Part shown: positions 52,501-61,155 of the stretch, piece after piece | Layout of the letters: each line of letters opens with the position of its first letter | Numbering within the stretch: the stretch's first letter is position 1 | Assembly: GCA_041752395.1 (NCBI GenBank) | Contig: JBGSWN010000121.1 | Location: 912 to 64,911, forward strand | DNA from: Saprospiraceae bacterium | Lineage (GTDB): Bacteria > Bacteroidota > Bacteroidia > Chitinophagales > Saprospiraceae | Direction: 5' to 3' | DNA length: 64,000 nucleotides | Program-made: the position numbers and the translations under genes | The notes under the pieces: model-generated | The model's input: the letters and a program-made list of their open reading frames with translations, nothing else | What the model was told of the DNA's origin: nothing | The model's database searches: none

Positions 52501-55500
52501 GCCCAGCTAACATCACCGTAGCAGCCACGGGTGCTAGCGGCGGTACTGCCACTTGGACCGCTCCAACGGCTACGGACAACTGCTCGCTGACCAGCTTTAC
52601 TTCATCCTATTTGCCGGGGGCAAATTTCCCGGTAGGCACAACGACCGTGGTTTACACGGCGATTGATGCCAAAGGAAATGCGAGCAATTGCAGCTTCAAC
52701 GTGAGCGTGGTCAATTCACCAAATTGCACCACCAACGCAGCGCCCATCAACAACACGACGGGCGTGAACCCAGCATCGGTAGCACTGTCCTGGACGACGG
52801 CTGCCAATGCCTCCAGCTACGATGTTTACCTCGGCACGGCCAACCCACCAACAACGGTTGTCGTGGCAAACGTGTTCGGAACTTTTACGACCGTGACCAA
52901 CCTGCTCGCAGGCACGACTTACTTTTGGTATGTTGTTCCAAAAAATGCCGCAGGCAGCGCCTCGGGCTGTGCTTCTTCTGTCACCAATTTCAGCACAGCA
53001 GGTGGGAATACGGGCGGCGGCACAGGCACTTGCAGCGTGACTACTGGCAGCATCGTGCGGGAAATTTGGAACACCAATACTTGGAACCTCGCCAGCATTG
53101 ATGGCTTCGGCGCACCAAACAACACGGTGACGCTCTCGCAATTTGCCCTTACTTCCACAGAAAACGGCACCAACTATATGGACCGGGTGCGTGGATTTTT
53201 GGTGCCTACGCAAACGGGCAACTACACCTTCAACGTCACGGGCGACGACTACACCGAACTTTATCTCAGCACCACGGCTAACCCAGCGACCAAGCAAAAA
53301 ATCGCTTGGCACACCGGATACACCAGCCCAACACAGTACACCAAGTACAGCACCCAAACCTCTGCCACCGTTGCATTGACAGCGGGCAAGGTTTATTACA
53401 TCGAACTCAAACACTTGGAAGGGGGCGGCAGCGACCACTTCCGGGCAAGCTGGAAGACGCCGGGCAGCTCCTCTTGGGCCATCATCCCCGGTTCGAAATT
53501 GGCACCATACTCGGACATTGTTTCGCCATCGGCGGTTTGCCAAAACCTGACCTTGCAGCTCACTGCGATTGGCCAGTCGGTTCAAATCAGTGGCCAACAG
53601 GTGGACAACGGCTCTGGCCCAGGTTGCGGAGCGACCATCACCAGCTACAACGTGTCGCCGACCAGCTTCAGCCAGCCGGGAACCTACACCGCCACACTGA
53701 CGGTGACGAACTCCTTCGGACTGTCTTCTACCTGCACCTCCACGGTGACGGTTTTGGCGCCTGCCTGCAATTCTTCCGTGACTGGATGGAATTTCACAAA
53801 AGTGGATGGCACTACGCTGTTTGCCTTGGCAAGCAACGGCAGCTATGCCACAAATACCCTGCCCGCCACCTACAATATTGAAGGTATGGTAACAGGTAGT
53901 GCGGAGAGCGTGAAGTTTACTTTGACTGGGCTGGTGAACAGCACCGTCATTGAAAACACGGCACCTTACCATGTCGCTGCCACCGGCGGTTCCCTAACTT
54001 TGACGCCCGGCACTTACACCCTCAACGCAAAACTGTACAGCCAGGACAATGCGCAAGGCACACTTTGCAGCGAGACGACCATCACTTTCAATATTCTTGC
54101 GCCTTGCGCAGCTATCAGCACCGTTTGCGAAGCGAACATAAACAACGCTGGCTGGCAGAATTTGAGCAACTGCGCCATCTCCGTTTGCACGGGTGACAAC
54201 GTTGTGCTTTCAGTGAACCCGAACAGCTTGGCTTCATATCAGTGGAGCGGCCCAGGCGGCTTCTCGGCGACTGGCAACAGCGGCGGCGATGTTTTGATTT
54301 CAAGCAGCATCACCACAGCAAAAGCGGGAACCTACACCGTGACCCTGACGGATGCCAATGGCTGCACGGCAGTTACGAGCATCAATTTGACGGTGACAAA
54401 CTGCTCCGCTTGCGTGGGCAACCTCCTCGTGAACGAAGGTTTCGAGAGCGGCACAGCTGGCTGGACTTGGATGCAAAATGCAGGTACAACGACTTCTTCG
54501 CCTTACGCTGGCGCAAAATCATTGTCCATCTGCTCTGGCGCTGGTGGCATTTCACAGGCAATGCCAGTGCTGCCCGGCGAGATTTATACGATGAAAGCTT
54601 ATGCTAAAATCTCCGGTGCAACTGCTTCCGTGGGCATCCGCTACTATGATTCCAACTGGAATGAAATCAGCGCACCTTCCGCAGCAGTGAACACCACCAG
54701 CTACAAACTCTACACCGTGACAGCCACTGCCCCAGTGAACGCTGCCTTTGTGGAGGCCTGGGCTTGGAAGAACACCAACGGGTGCCTCTACGCCGATGAA
54801 TTTTGTCTATCGAGCACGGCGGGTTTCCCGGCTTGCACGAACAGTTTGCTCATGAACGAAAACCCAGGTTTTGAGAGCAATTTCACGAGCTGGGAATGGA
54901 CGAGCAACGCCAGTATAACCACCAGCGCACACAGCGGCTCAAAGGCGGCACAGGTTTGCACCAGCACTAGTGGCGGCGGCGGCGGAAACAGGATTCTCGC
55001 TACGGGCGGCGCCACCTACAGCCTCCAGCTTTGGGCTAAAATATCCGGCTCGCCCAGCTGGGCAGGTGCCAGTATGACCTTCTACAATGCCAGCGGCAGC
55101 AAGATAGGCAGCAGCATCAGCCGCACCATCACGGCCACTTCCTGGGACCTGTACTTGATTCAGGGCGTTGCGCCAATCAATGCCAAATACGTCGAATTCT
55201 CGTTCTGGAAAGATGCAGGCGGCTGCCTCTTGGTGGACGATTTCTGCGCTACCTCCACAGGTGGTGGCTGCGATAACGACGTGCTTTTCGTTGTCGGCAG
55301 CACTTGGCTCAACTCTGGCGATGCTTGGGTAAAAAGCAGGCTGGAGCAACTTGGCTTGAACGTAACCGTGAAAAGCGCTGCTGCTTCTGCAACTACCGAT
55401 GCCAGCGGCAAGGGCCTCATCGTCATCAGTTCAACCATCAATTCTGGTGATGTGGTTGGCAAATTCAAAAACGTGAACGTGCCGGTGGTTACTTGGGAAA

Positions 55501-56219
55501 GCTACATTCTCGACGACATGAAAATGACGGGCTCCGTGGCACAGACTGATTTTGGTCAAAATTCAAGCTACCACAGCATTACCATCAACGACCCAAGCCA
55601 TCCGCTGGCGGCAGGTTTGAGTGGGTCTGTGCAGGTGTTGAGCTGGGGCTCATCGTTCCGCTGGGGCTGGACGACGCAATCCGGCGCAGCGAAAGTGGCC
55701 AAAGTAGCAGGCCAGGAAGCTTGGTACGGCATCTTCGGTTTCGACAAAGGCCAAGCGATGCAGGGCGGTTTTATCGCCCCAGAGCGTCGGGCAAGCCTCT
55801 TCATGGATGATGATACGCCTTCTTTTTTGACCTCGAATGGCAAAAGGCTGTTCGATAGTGCTATCGAGTGGGCTATAGGTTGCCATCTTGCCAGCGTTGC
55901 AGGCAATGAGTTGGCCGTTCGTGAGGGCGAAACTGAAGCTACAGACGCAACCGTCACACCGGGTGTTTCCGCTCAGGTATTCCCAAATCCAGCCGAGGAC
56001 AGAATCTTTGTGGAATTTGGTGAGAGCTACAACGAGAAGACCCTCGTGCGCCTGTTCGACATCAACGGCAAGGCCATCAAGGAGTGGGAAGTGGAGGCAA
56101 GCGGCGAGCCTGTTGAGCTTCAGCTCGAAGGTTTGCGCAGCGGCCAATACCTGCTCTGGATTGCTGCCGATGGAAAGGCGCCTGTGTCGAAGCGAATCAT
56201 CATCGCCAATACTAATTAG
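49578..56219 (+). CDS. Giant T9SS-sorted adhesin-like protein (Asn/Gly/Thr-rich repeats, five HYR-like domains, FN3, PA14-like, two CBM-like modules)
   Basis: Signal peptide MRIQHYLSCLCLLLLGVANLQAQ. Nt ~49650-51050 encode NNGT/NFGT-type repeats. The HYR pattern CP.N......ATWTAPTATDNC...PG..FPVGTTTVTYTA.D..GN.S.C.F.V occurs 5 times (nt ~51440-52720). The PA14-like stretch reads GNYTFNVTGDDYTELYLS...VYYIELKHLEGGGSDHF. The C-terminus reads VFPNPAEDRIFVEF...SGQYLLWIAADGKAPVSKRIIIAN. Confidence 0.88.
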   Translation: MRIQHYLSCLCLLLLGVANLQAQTQYIGPDNGSWFTVANWNNGLPAAGNDALVGGGVTVVVGSPLTVNFGVTGFGNISATAAITIATGGSISSSGSLSIASTSSLTNNGTLSNFGTLTFAGTAGFTNGTGANFTNGGSFTLQTTLVNSGAITNNGTIDATNGTLQSGGSFNNNQTLTTKSLTINASSTFTNNFGATLNITGAAGLFQVNGNVTNNGIINAAGAMTVNGNFANNVTLNVATGAVLTVNAGAQLTNGGTVDNSGFVQNYGTLTNGQNFINKGEANNYATFNNNNLIDNRTGANFFNRTGGTLGMGFGSKILNAGTVTNLSAFNSFGTIENNGTVSNSGTLLSFGGSLLDNNSTFTNAGTISTNDVVSNDGPFTNSGTINVNGGSVWSNNANFTNAVGGTVNVVQDFVNKSTGVLVNNGTFRNTVRTQNQGSFTNNAYLHNPGDFTNAAGATLTNNELFLLEAGNLLNAGTFVNKNKTLSDECASVKNTGSINNTGGNLEIRGIFFQKGTLTGNAVNNTGGYTHTGATSNAPAVCQNGTFGADINGEIKVYANAIVAFENFDSCANIVYLANGIARPVFHCSDIPTIQNVNLVIRTRLGDSLTCVAQITPVDLLEPQIGTCPKDQVIFTPNPTTTATWTAPTATDNCSSTVSVTSTHTPGASFPVGITGVTYTFKDQYNNQNQCQFRIDVRQTPPGSNCTGDTAGPTFTGCPTNQTIQQVGNLTPASWTPPTPNDNCKPINLTATHAPGQGFPVGTTTVTYTAKDGSNNSSTCTFTIKVNAVDPCSEDTQKPVVSGCPANIWLPTNTNINGAVAIWAAPGAGDNCGVVSFTASHVPGNVYPVGSTTVTYTAKDAANNTSTCSFVITVGADPCPGDVTAPAISGCPANISLLTTGNAATATWTAPTATDNCAPVTVNATHTSGSTFGLGSTPVTYQFSDKKGNKSTCTFTVTVQNSCSADNVAPVITGCPANITVAATGASGGTATWTAPTATDNCSLTSFTSSYLPGANFPVGTTTVVYTAIDAKGNASNCSFNVSVVNSPNCTTNAAPINNTTGVNPASVALSWTTAANASSYDVYLGTANPPTTVVVANVFGTFTTVTNLLAGTTYFWYVVPKNAAGSASGCASSVTNFSTAGGNTGGGTGTCSVTTGSIVREIWNTNTWNLASIDGFGAPNNTVTLSQFALTSTENGTNYMDRVRGFLVPTQTGNYTFNVTGDDYTELYLSTTANPATKQKIAWHTGYTSPTQYTKYSTQTSATVALTAGKVYYIELKHLEGGGSDHFRASWKTPGSSSWAIIPGSKLAPYSDIVSPSAVCQNLTLQLTAIGQSVQISGQQVDNGSGPGCGATITSYNVSPTSFSQPGTYTATLTVTNSFGLSSTCTSTVTVLAPACNSSVTGWNFTKVDGTTLFALASNGSYATNTLPATYNIEGMVTGSAESVKFTLTGLVNSTVIENTAPYHVAATGGSLTLTPGTYTLNAKLYSQDNAQGTLCSETTITFNILAPCAAISTVCEANINNAGWQNLSNCAISVCTGDNVVLSVNPNSLASYQWSGPGGFSATGNSGGDVLISSSITTAKAGTYTVTLTDANGCTAVTSINLTVTNCSACVGNLLVNEGFESGTAGWTWMQNAGTTTSSPYAGAKSLSICSGAGGISQAMPVLPGEIYTMKAYAKISGATASVGIRYYDSNWNEISAPSAAVNTTSYKLYTVTATAPVNAAFVEAWAWKNTNGCLYADEFCLSSTAGFPACTNSLLMNENPGFESNFTSWEWTSNASITTSAHSGSKAAQVCTSTSGGGGGNRILATGGATYSLQLWAKISGSPSWAGASMTFYNASGSKIGSSISRTITATSWDLYLIQGVAPINAKYVEFSFWKDAGGCLLVDDFCATSTGGGCDNDVLFVVGSTWLNSGDAWVKSRLEQLGLNVTVKSAAASATTDASGKGLIVISSTINSGDVVGKFKNVNVPVVTWESYILDDMKMTGSVAQTDFGQNSSYHSITINDPSHPLAAGLSGSVQVLSWGSSFRWGWTTQSGAAKVAKVAGQEAWYGIFGFDKGQAMQGGFIAPERRASLFMDDDTPSFLTSNGKRLFDSAIEWAIGCHLASVAGNELAVREGETEATDATVTPGVSAQVFPNPAEDRIFVEFGESYNEKTLVRLFDINGKAIKEWEVEASGEPVELQLEGLRSGQYLLWIAADGKAPVSKRIIIANTN

Positions 56220-56296
56220 GAGATTGAGTTATAGGGTGGTTAATGCCACTATTGACAATCATCCAATATGCAAGATTAACCCTGGTTTCAAGCACT

Positions 56297-56331
56297 GAAC
56301 CTCCGGCACCCCCACCGGAGGTTCTTTTTTT
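56297..56331 (+). terminator. Rho-independent terminator after the giant adhesin gene
   Basis: GAACCTCCGG-caccccca-CCGGAGGTTC followed by TTTTTTT. Confidence 0.88.
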
Positions 56332-56333
56332 GC

Positions 56334-56753
56334 TTAAAGCAGCTTCTTTATCCGCACCATCGGCCCAGGGCAAGACTGTTCATGGCAGTTCATGCAAGTA
56401 GCCACCATCGCCGTGTATTTGTCCTGCGACTCGGCAGGCGGTGCATCCCGCAGCGCTTTCATCGCCTCCACATAGGAAGCTGCAAAATGCGGGAACTCCG
56501 GCCCTTGCATCTTTGCTGGGTCAGTGGACTTGGCGGATAATATCTTCTCGAAATCAACTTGGATGCTCACTGGCTCGCCTTTTTGGATTTGGGCATGTAA
56601 CCGTTCCCCATCCTCGAACATCTGGCGCATGAGCAGCGCTAGTTCGCTGTCGCCGTTGGGGTTCAGGGGTTTTGATGCGCCGCTTTTTTCATTACTGCAA
56701 GCCTGCCATATAAGTATGGTGAAAAGCGGGATTAATGCGATTAGTTTCTTCAT
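56334..56753 (-). CDS. Small lipoprotein with a single CxxCH heme-binding motif (putative c-type cytochrome)
   Basis: MKKLIALIPLFTILIWQACSNEK contains a lipobox. ATCMNCHEQSCPGP lies near the C-terminus. Confidence 0.6.
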   Translation of the reverse strand: MKKLIALIPLFTILIWQACSNEKSGASKPLNPNGDSELALLMRQMFEDGERLHAQIQKGEPVSIQVDFEKILSAKSTDPAKMQGPEFPHFAASYVEAMKALRDAPPAESQDKYTAMVATCMNCHEQSCPGPMVRIKKLL

Positions 56754-56771
56754 ATATCGTTGGTATTATTG

Positions 56772-56883
56772 ATTGGAGAACTTTGAACTGTTGACGGTGA
56801 ATGAGGGTGCCAAGGTAAAATTGAAACGGTAGCTTTTCCCAAGGTCTTCAAAGTTCACCATTCACAGTTCAAAGTTCACCATT
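56772..56883. repeat. Inverted pair of five-unit heptad arrays between phoD and the cytochrome-like gene
   Basis: The left arm is ATTGGAG AACTTTG AACTGTT GACGGTG AATGAGG (56772-56806). The right arm is CAAAGTT CACCATT CACAGTT CAAAGTT CACCATT (56849-56883) and overlaps the phoD stop. GAACTTTGAACTGT and its complement are shared by both arms. Confidence 0.85.
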
Positions 56884-58438
56884 ATTTCTCCACTTTCTTC
56901 CCATTAAATAAAATATGCCGACTGGCACAAAGCCGTACCCGATCATCCACCCGGTCTTTTCGTTTCACAAAATACCAGTCCGATTGCGCCTTATCCGGCG
57001 TGAGCGTCAGCGTGAGATAGCCGTGGTTATTGAGGTCCACATAGCGGAGGTGAGGATTATTTTTCTTCTTTTTAAAACGCCGTTTCGCTTCCCGAATGAT
57101 GATTTTCGGCACGGCTTCATCGAAATTAAAAGACGTAATGCTTGGTGTTACGAACTCTGCACCGACGACGCCCTTGCCCGTTTTACGGTCATATATATTC
57201 GGGTCGGCAGGGTCGGCGGTCAGCTCGAAAGCCCAGGAAGTATGCACATCTCCCGTCACGACGACGATGTTTTTCAGGTCATTTTTATAAATAAAATCAA
57301 AGATATGCGCCCGCTCTGCCGGGTAGCCGTCCCACCTGTCCATACGGACGGAAGGCCGACGGTCGAAAACCTTGCTGTCATTCAGTTTGCTGAACACCAC
57401 TTGATTGCCGATGATTTTCCAACGAGCGGGTGAGTCCTTCATGCCGTTCAGTAGCCAATCCGTCTGTTGCTCGCCGAGCATGTGACGGTTTGGGTCGTTC
57501 AGTGCGGGGTCATTGGGGCCTTTGGCTTGTGCACTGCGGCCTGCGAGGCGACCGTCGAGCATCCAGAGTTCCGCCAAATTACCGAAGGAAAAACTGCGCA
57601 CAATGCTCTTCGCTGCATTCTCCCGAATGGGCATCCACTCGAAGTACGCCTGCTTGGCAGCGGCCTTGCGGGCTTCCCAATTGACGTTGCCGCTCTCCGC
57701 CCCGTCCACGCTGGCGTTGTTGGCAATCTCGTGGTCGTCCCAGATGACGATGAACGGCTGCAAACGGTGGCATTCCCGAAGCTGCGCATCCAGCCGGTAC
57801 TGGCCGTAGCGGATGCGGTAATCCTTGAGTTCGGTGCAGGTCTTAGCGGGTATGTGCTGTCGGTAGCGGCGTCTTTGCATCCGTTTTGGGCCACCCTTCC
57901 ACGGGCCATATTCATAGATGTAATCACCAAGGTGGAGCACGGCATCGAGGTCGTTGCGCTTCGCAATATGGCCGAAAGCATTGTAGTACCCGCTTCCGTA
58001 ATCGGCACAACTGACGACCGCCAAGCGCAGCAAATCACCCGTTTGCGAAGCGGTCTTCGTGCGCCCGATGGACGAGTATTTGTTCTTGTACTTGAAACGA
58101 TAGAAATACTTGGTGCCGGGTTCGAGGCCCTGCACATCTACCTTCACCGTGAAAGCCGACGTGCCGTAGGTGTACTGCTCGCCCGTCTTTACCAGCTCCT
58201 GCATCAGGGTATCGCTGGCCATTTCCCAAGTGACGAGTTCGGGGAGCGTGCTTTCCGTCAGGTAGAGTTTCGTCCAGATGACGACGGCATCCGGCAGTGG
58301 GTCGCCACTGGCCACCCCGAATTCGAAAGGGGCAAGGTCGGGTGCTCCCAATGCTTTCAGTTCTGGGTAAAACCAGTCTTGGGCTTGGAGGGACAAGGAC
58401 AAGAAAAGGATTAAAGCAGACAGTCGAAGTGCGTTCAT
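56882..58438 (-). CDS. phoD: Alkaline phosphatase D (PhoD) family phosphodiesterase/phosphatase
   Basis: Start at MNALRLSALILFLSLSLQAQ (signal peptide). VVSCADYGSGYYNAFGHIAKRNDLDAVLHLGDYIYEYG and WDDHEIANN are metallophosphatase motifs. Confidence 0.88.
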   Translation of the reverse strand: MNALRLSALILFLSLSLQAQDWFYPELKALGAPDLAPFEFGVASGDPLPDAVVIWTKLYLTESTLPELVTWEMASDTLMQELVKTGEQYTYGTSAFTVKVDVQGLEPGTKYFYRFKYKNKYSSIGRTKTASQTGDLLRLAVVSCADYGSGYYNAFGHIAKRNDLDAVLHLGDYIYEYGPWKGGPKRMQRRRYRQHIPAKTCTELKDYRIRYGQYRLDAQLRECHRLQPFIVIWDDHEIANNASVDGAESGNVNWEARKAAAKQAYFEWMPIRENAAKSIVRSFSFGNLAELWMLDGRLAGRSAQAKGPNDPALNDPNRHMLGEQQTDWLLNGMKDSPARWKIIGNQVVFSKLNDSKVFDRRPSVRMDRWDGYPAERAHIFDFIYKNDLKNIVVVTGDVHTSWAFELTADPADPNIYDRKTGKGVVGAEFVTPSITSFNFDEAVPKIIIREAKRRFKKKKNNPHLRYVDLNNHGYLTLTLTPDKAQSDWYFVKRKDRVDDRVRLCASRHILFNGKKVEK

Positions 58439-58631
58439 CTTATGATTTTCGGCAAAGGTAAAAAATACAGAGTGTGGGAGCGTGAGAGCGTGAGAATTGC
58501 GAACCTGAGATTTTTCTACCTTTTTCATAAATGTTCCTATCCATATCGGCACAGATACTTGGTGGGCTTTTTCTTTTTGAGAAAACTGAAAAACTTAAAA
58601 ACGGTAGTTTTTATATTTGACCTTGATAGCC

Positions 58632-58677
58632 TAAAAAGAAAAGAGGCTGCATCAGTTACTTCTGATACAGCCTCTTT
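58632..58677 (-). terminator. Rho-independent terminator 3' of the PpiD-like gene
   Basis: AAGAGGCTGCATCAG-ttactt-CTGATACAGCCTCTT with one mismatch. On the minus strand it is followed by TTTTCTTTTT. Confidence 0.8.
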
Positions 58678-58703
58678 CCTTTTACAAAAACAACCAAGCC
58701 CCA

Positions 58704-60863
58704 CTAGAAAAACTTCGAACGGTTGTCCGTCACATCAGCTTTTTCCCGGAGGGTTTGAATTAGGCCGTTCCTTGCGCCACTTCTTGCGGTCATCTGATTC
58801 TGCTGGCGAATCTGGGCGACATTGCCGGAGGCTACGCCAGGTGTTTTATTCGTAGGCATTAGGACGAAAATACCAGTATTGCCCTGTATTGCTTCTGTTA
58901 TTTTGTTAAGGTCAGCTTTGAAGGCCGCCGCCACTACTTTAGGCTCTGCGCCGCCTGCTTTTGGCAAGAATGCGGAGGCGAAAGAAACTGCCTGTGCAGT
59001 GTCCACTTGAACGCGGTATTGTGAAGCAAGCGATGCCAAGTCTTTGCCCTGAGCTTGTTGTTTAACGATTTCCGTTTTCTTGCGGTTGATAACCTGTGGC
59101 TCTATTTCTTCCTTCACGTCTTTCCAAGAAGGAGTGCCTGCCGGAATAACCGACTTCAGCGCAGCAACCACATACTTGTTTACGTAGAACTCACCTTGGT
59201 TTTGGAAGCTGTAAACTTGTGGGGAAACGTCGCCTTTGTCAACATCGCCCACATTTTGGTCATTGCCGAAGGCCCAACGAACCATTTCACGGCTTCCTTG
59301 GCCGGGGCTGAGTGCGCCAACCGAAAAATCGTTGGCCTTGAGTGCTGGAGAGGTTTCTACGGTGATTCCTTTTGCATCGGCAGCTTTTTGCAGCGTCTCC
59401 AAAGTCTTGTTCTCTTCTTGTAATTGAAGTGCCTGCTCACGGACGGCGTCCTGTGTGCCTTGGCTCGGAACAATATCCTGAGAGATGTAGGCTACCCGAA
59501 CACCAGAATCACCACCAAAACGCTGGTTCACTTCGATGAGGTGGACGCCAAACTGCGTAACCACTGTATAAACTTTGCCTATTTCGGCTTGGTAAAAGCA
59601 AACTTCGTTGAATTCCTTCACCATTGCGCCTGGCTTGAAAGTACCGAGGTCTCCGCCTTTGCTGGCCGAACCATCTTCACTGAACTTCACGGCCAACGAG
59701 TCGAAACGAGCCGAGCCAGATTCTATCAGTGTTTTGAGGCTGTCAATTGTCTTTTGCGCAGCAGCCAAGGAAGCCTGGTCAGTTGCCCTGCGGAGGATGT
59801 GGCGAGCTTTCACGGAGTCCGGTACAATTTTCCGGCCAACCATTTTGGCAGCTTTGTAGCTGTTTCCTTCGAGGTAAGGGCCATAAACTGACCCATCAGC
59901 CATATTGAATACCGAGTCTGCAATGACTGGGCTCAAGTCGCTTTTCTTCAAATAGGCACCATCCAAAGAGCCGTAGTTGTTTTCAACAAAAACGGTATCG
60001 TTGTCGGTGGTCTTGAAGCTTGGTATCAATTTCTCGATGCCTTGACGAATATCAGCAGAGTCCTTTGCAGTTGGCTTTACATCAAAGGAAACGTAAGCTA
60101 GCTTGCGGGTCTCTTCTTTTTGCTTGAACTGCGCTTTGTTTTCGTCGAAATACGCTTTGTAGTCATCATCGGAAAGCGCTACCGACTTGGTGTCAACTTC
60201 GTCGAAAGGAACTTGGACGTAGAGGAAGTCCACTTTTTGTGATTGCTCCAAGTCAACCATCTCAGCCATCCACGTAGGCGTGTACATTCCTTTTTCGACC
60301 ATGTTGGTCATTTTGCGCTGCAAGCGATCTTTGACGATTTCCTTCTCTTGGTGCGCCCAGCGGTACTTGAAGTCAGGCACCAATTGGTTGTCCTTGATCA
60401 TCTGGTCAATTTTGCCAGTGGTCACGATGTCTTTCAACTGGGTGAGCTGCTTGCGGTCCAGTTGCTGGGTAGCTTGGTCGCGGTAGCGGCTGGAGATGAC
60501 GGGGCTGAGCTTGGAGTCGTCGTCGCTGAACTGGAGGTCCAGCAATTCCGCTTTGCTGACGCCGAGGCCGATGCAGTCAGCTTCTTTTTTCACAATGGCT
60601 TCGTCCATGTAGAAGTTCCAGAGATAAGCACGGTCGCTGAAGCCATCACTGCCAGAGTTTTTGTAGAGCATTTCTTGGGTGCCCGAAAACTCCCGGTACT
60701 CAATTTTGCGACCTTCAATCTCGCCGACTGTGGTCTGGCTCCCTCCCATAAAATTCTGGTTTGGGTTGTCAAACATCAGCATGCCAATGAACAAAATGAG
60801 CGCCCCTGCGAGCGTACCCACTAGCAAAAACTTTTTACTGCGAATTTTTCCTATCAGAGCCAT
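58704..60863 (-). CDS. PpiD/SurA-like periplasmic chaperone with a parvulin-type peptidyl-prolyl isomerase domain
   Basis: N-terminal anchor MALIGKIRSKKFLLVGTLAGALILFIGMLMF. The PPIC domain reads SEDGSASKGGDLGTFKPGAMVKEFNEVCF...FGVHLIEV. Confidence 0.85.
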   Translation of the reverse strand: MALIGKIRSKKFLLVGTLAGALILFIGMLMFDNPNQNFMGGSQTTVGEIEGRKIEYREFSGTQEMLYKNSGSDGFSDRAYLWNFYMDEAIVKKEADCIGLGVSKAELLDLQFSDDDSKLSPVISSRYRDQATQQLDRKQLTQLKDIVTTGKIDQMIKDNQLVPDFKYRWAHQEKEIVKDRLQRKMTNMVEKGMYTPTWMAEMVDLEQSQKVDFLYVQVPFDEVDTKSVALSDDDYKAYFDENKAQFKQKEETRKLAYVSFDVKPTAKDSADIRQGIEKLIPSFKTTDNDTVFVENNYGSLDGAYLKKSDLSPVIADSVFNMADGSVYGPYLEGNSYKAAKMVGRKIVPDSVKARHILRRATDQASLAAAQKTIDSLKTLIESGSARFDSLAVKFSEDGSASKGGDLGTFKPGAMVKEFNEVCFYQAEIGKVYTVVTQFGVHLIEVNQRFGGDSGVRVAYISQDIVPSQGTQDAVREQALQLQEENKTLETLQKAADAKGITVETSPALKANDFSVGALSPGQGSREMVRWAFGNDQNVGDVDKGDVSPQVYSFQNQGEFYVNKYVVAALKSVIPAGTPSWKDVKEEIEPQVINRKKTEIVKQQAQGKDLASLASQYRVQVDTAQAVSFASAFLPKAGGAEPKVVAAAFKADLNKITEAIQGNTGIFVLMPTNKTPGVASGNVAQIRQQNQMTARSGARNGLIQTLREKADVTDNRSKFF

Positions 60864-61111
60864 GTGCTATGAACTTTAGTTTATTTCTGAAAAAACGATG
60901 AGATAATAATGCCGCCACTTTTACGGAGCAATAACCCAAGTGTTTATCAAAAGGAAAAAAATAATTTTTAAAAAACTGATTTAAAGGAATTTATGCCGTT
61001 TGGGCAGCGCCAATAATATGCAAAAACGATGCCTTCAGGAAAATTCGGGCAAAAGTAAGCGCTTTGGGCAGGAAAACAAAATTTTGATAAGATGTTGGGG
61101 AGGGAATATTT

Positions 61112-61145
61112 GGATACAGTCCGGCAAGCTTGCCGGACTGTATCC
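61112..61145 (-). terminator. Perfect 34-nt palindrome 3' of gltA
   Basis: GGATACAGTCCGGCAAGCTTGCCGGACTGTATCC. Confidence 0.7.
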
Positions 61146-61155
61146 CGCCTAGGTC

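Noticed and set aside
49560-53972. Several long minus-strand ORFs (49560..50330, 49592..50296, 51561..52100, 52716..53972) within the giant adhesin gene
   Set aside because: They arise from stop-poor repetitive coding sequence, their translations are Arg/Gly/Ala/Val-rich with no motifs, and the plus strand encodes recognisable HYR, PA14 and sorting domains.
57467-58414. 315-aa plus-strand ORF
   Set aside because: It lies antisense to phoD, which carries metallophosphatase motifs.
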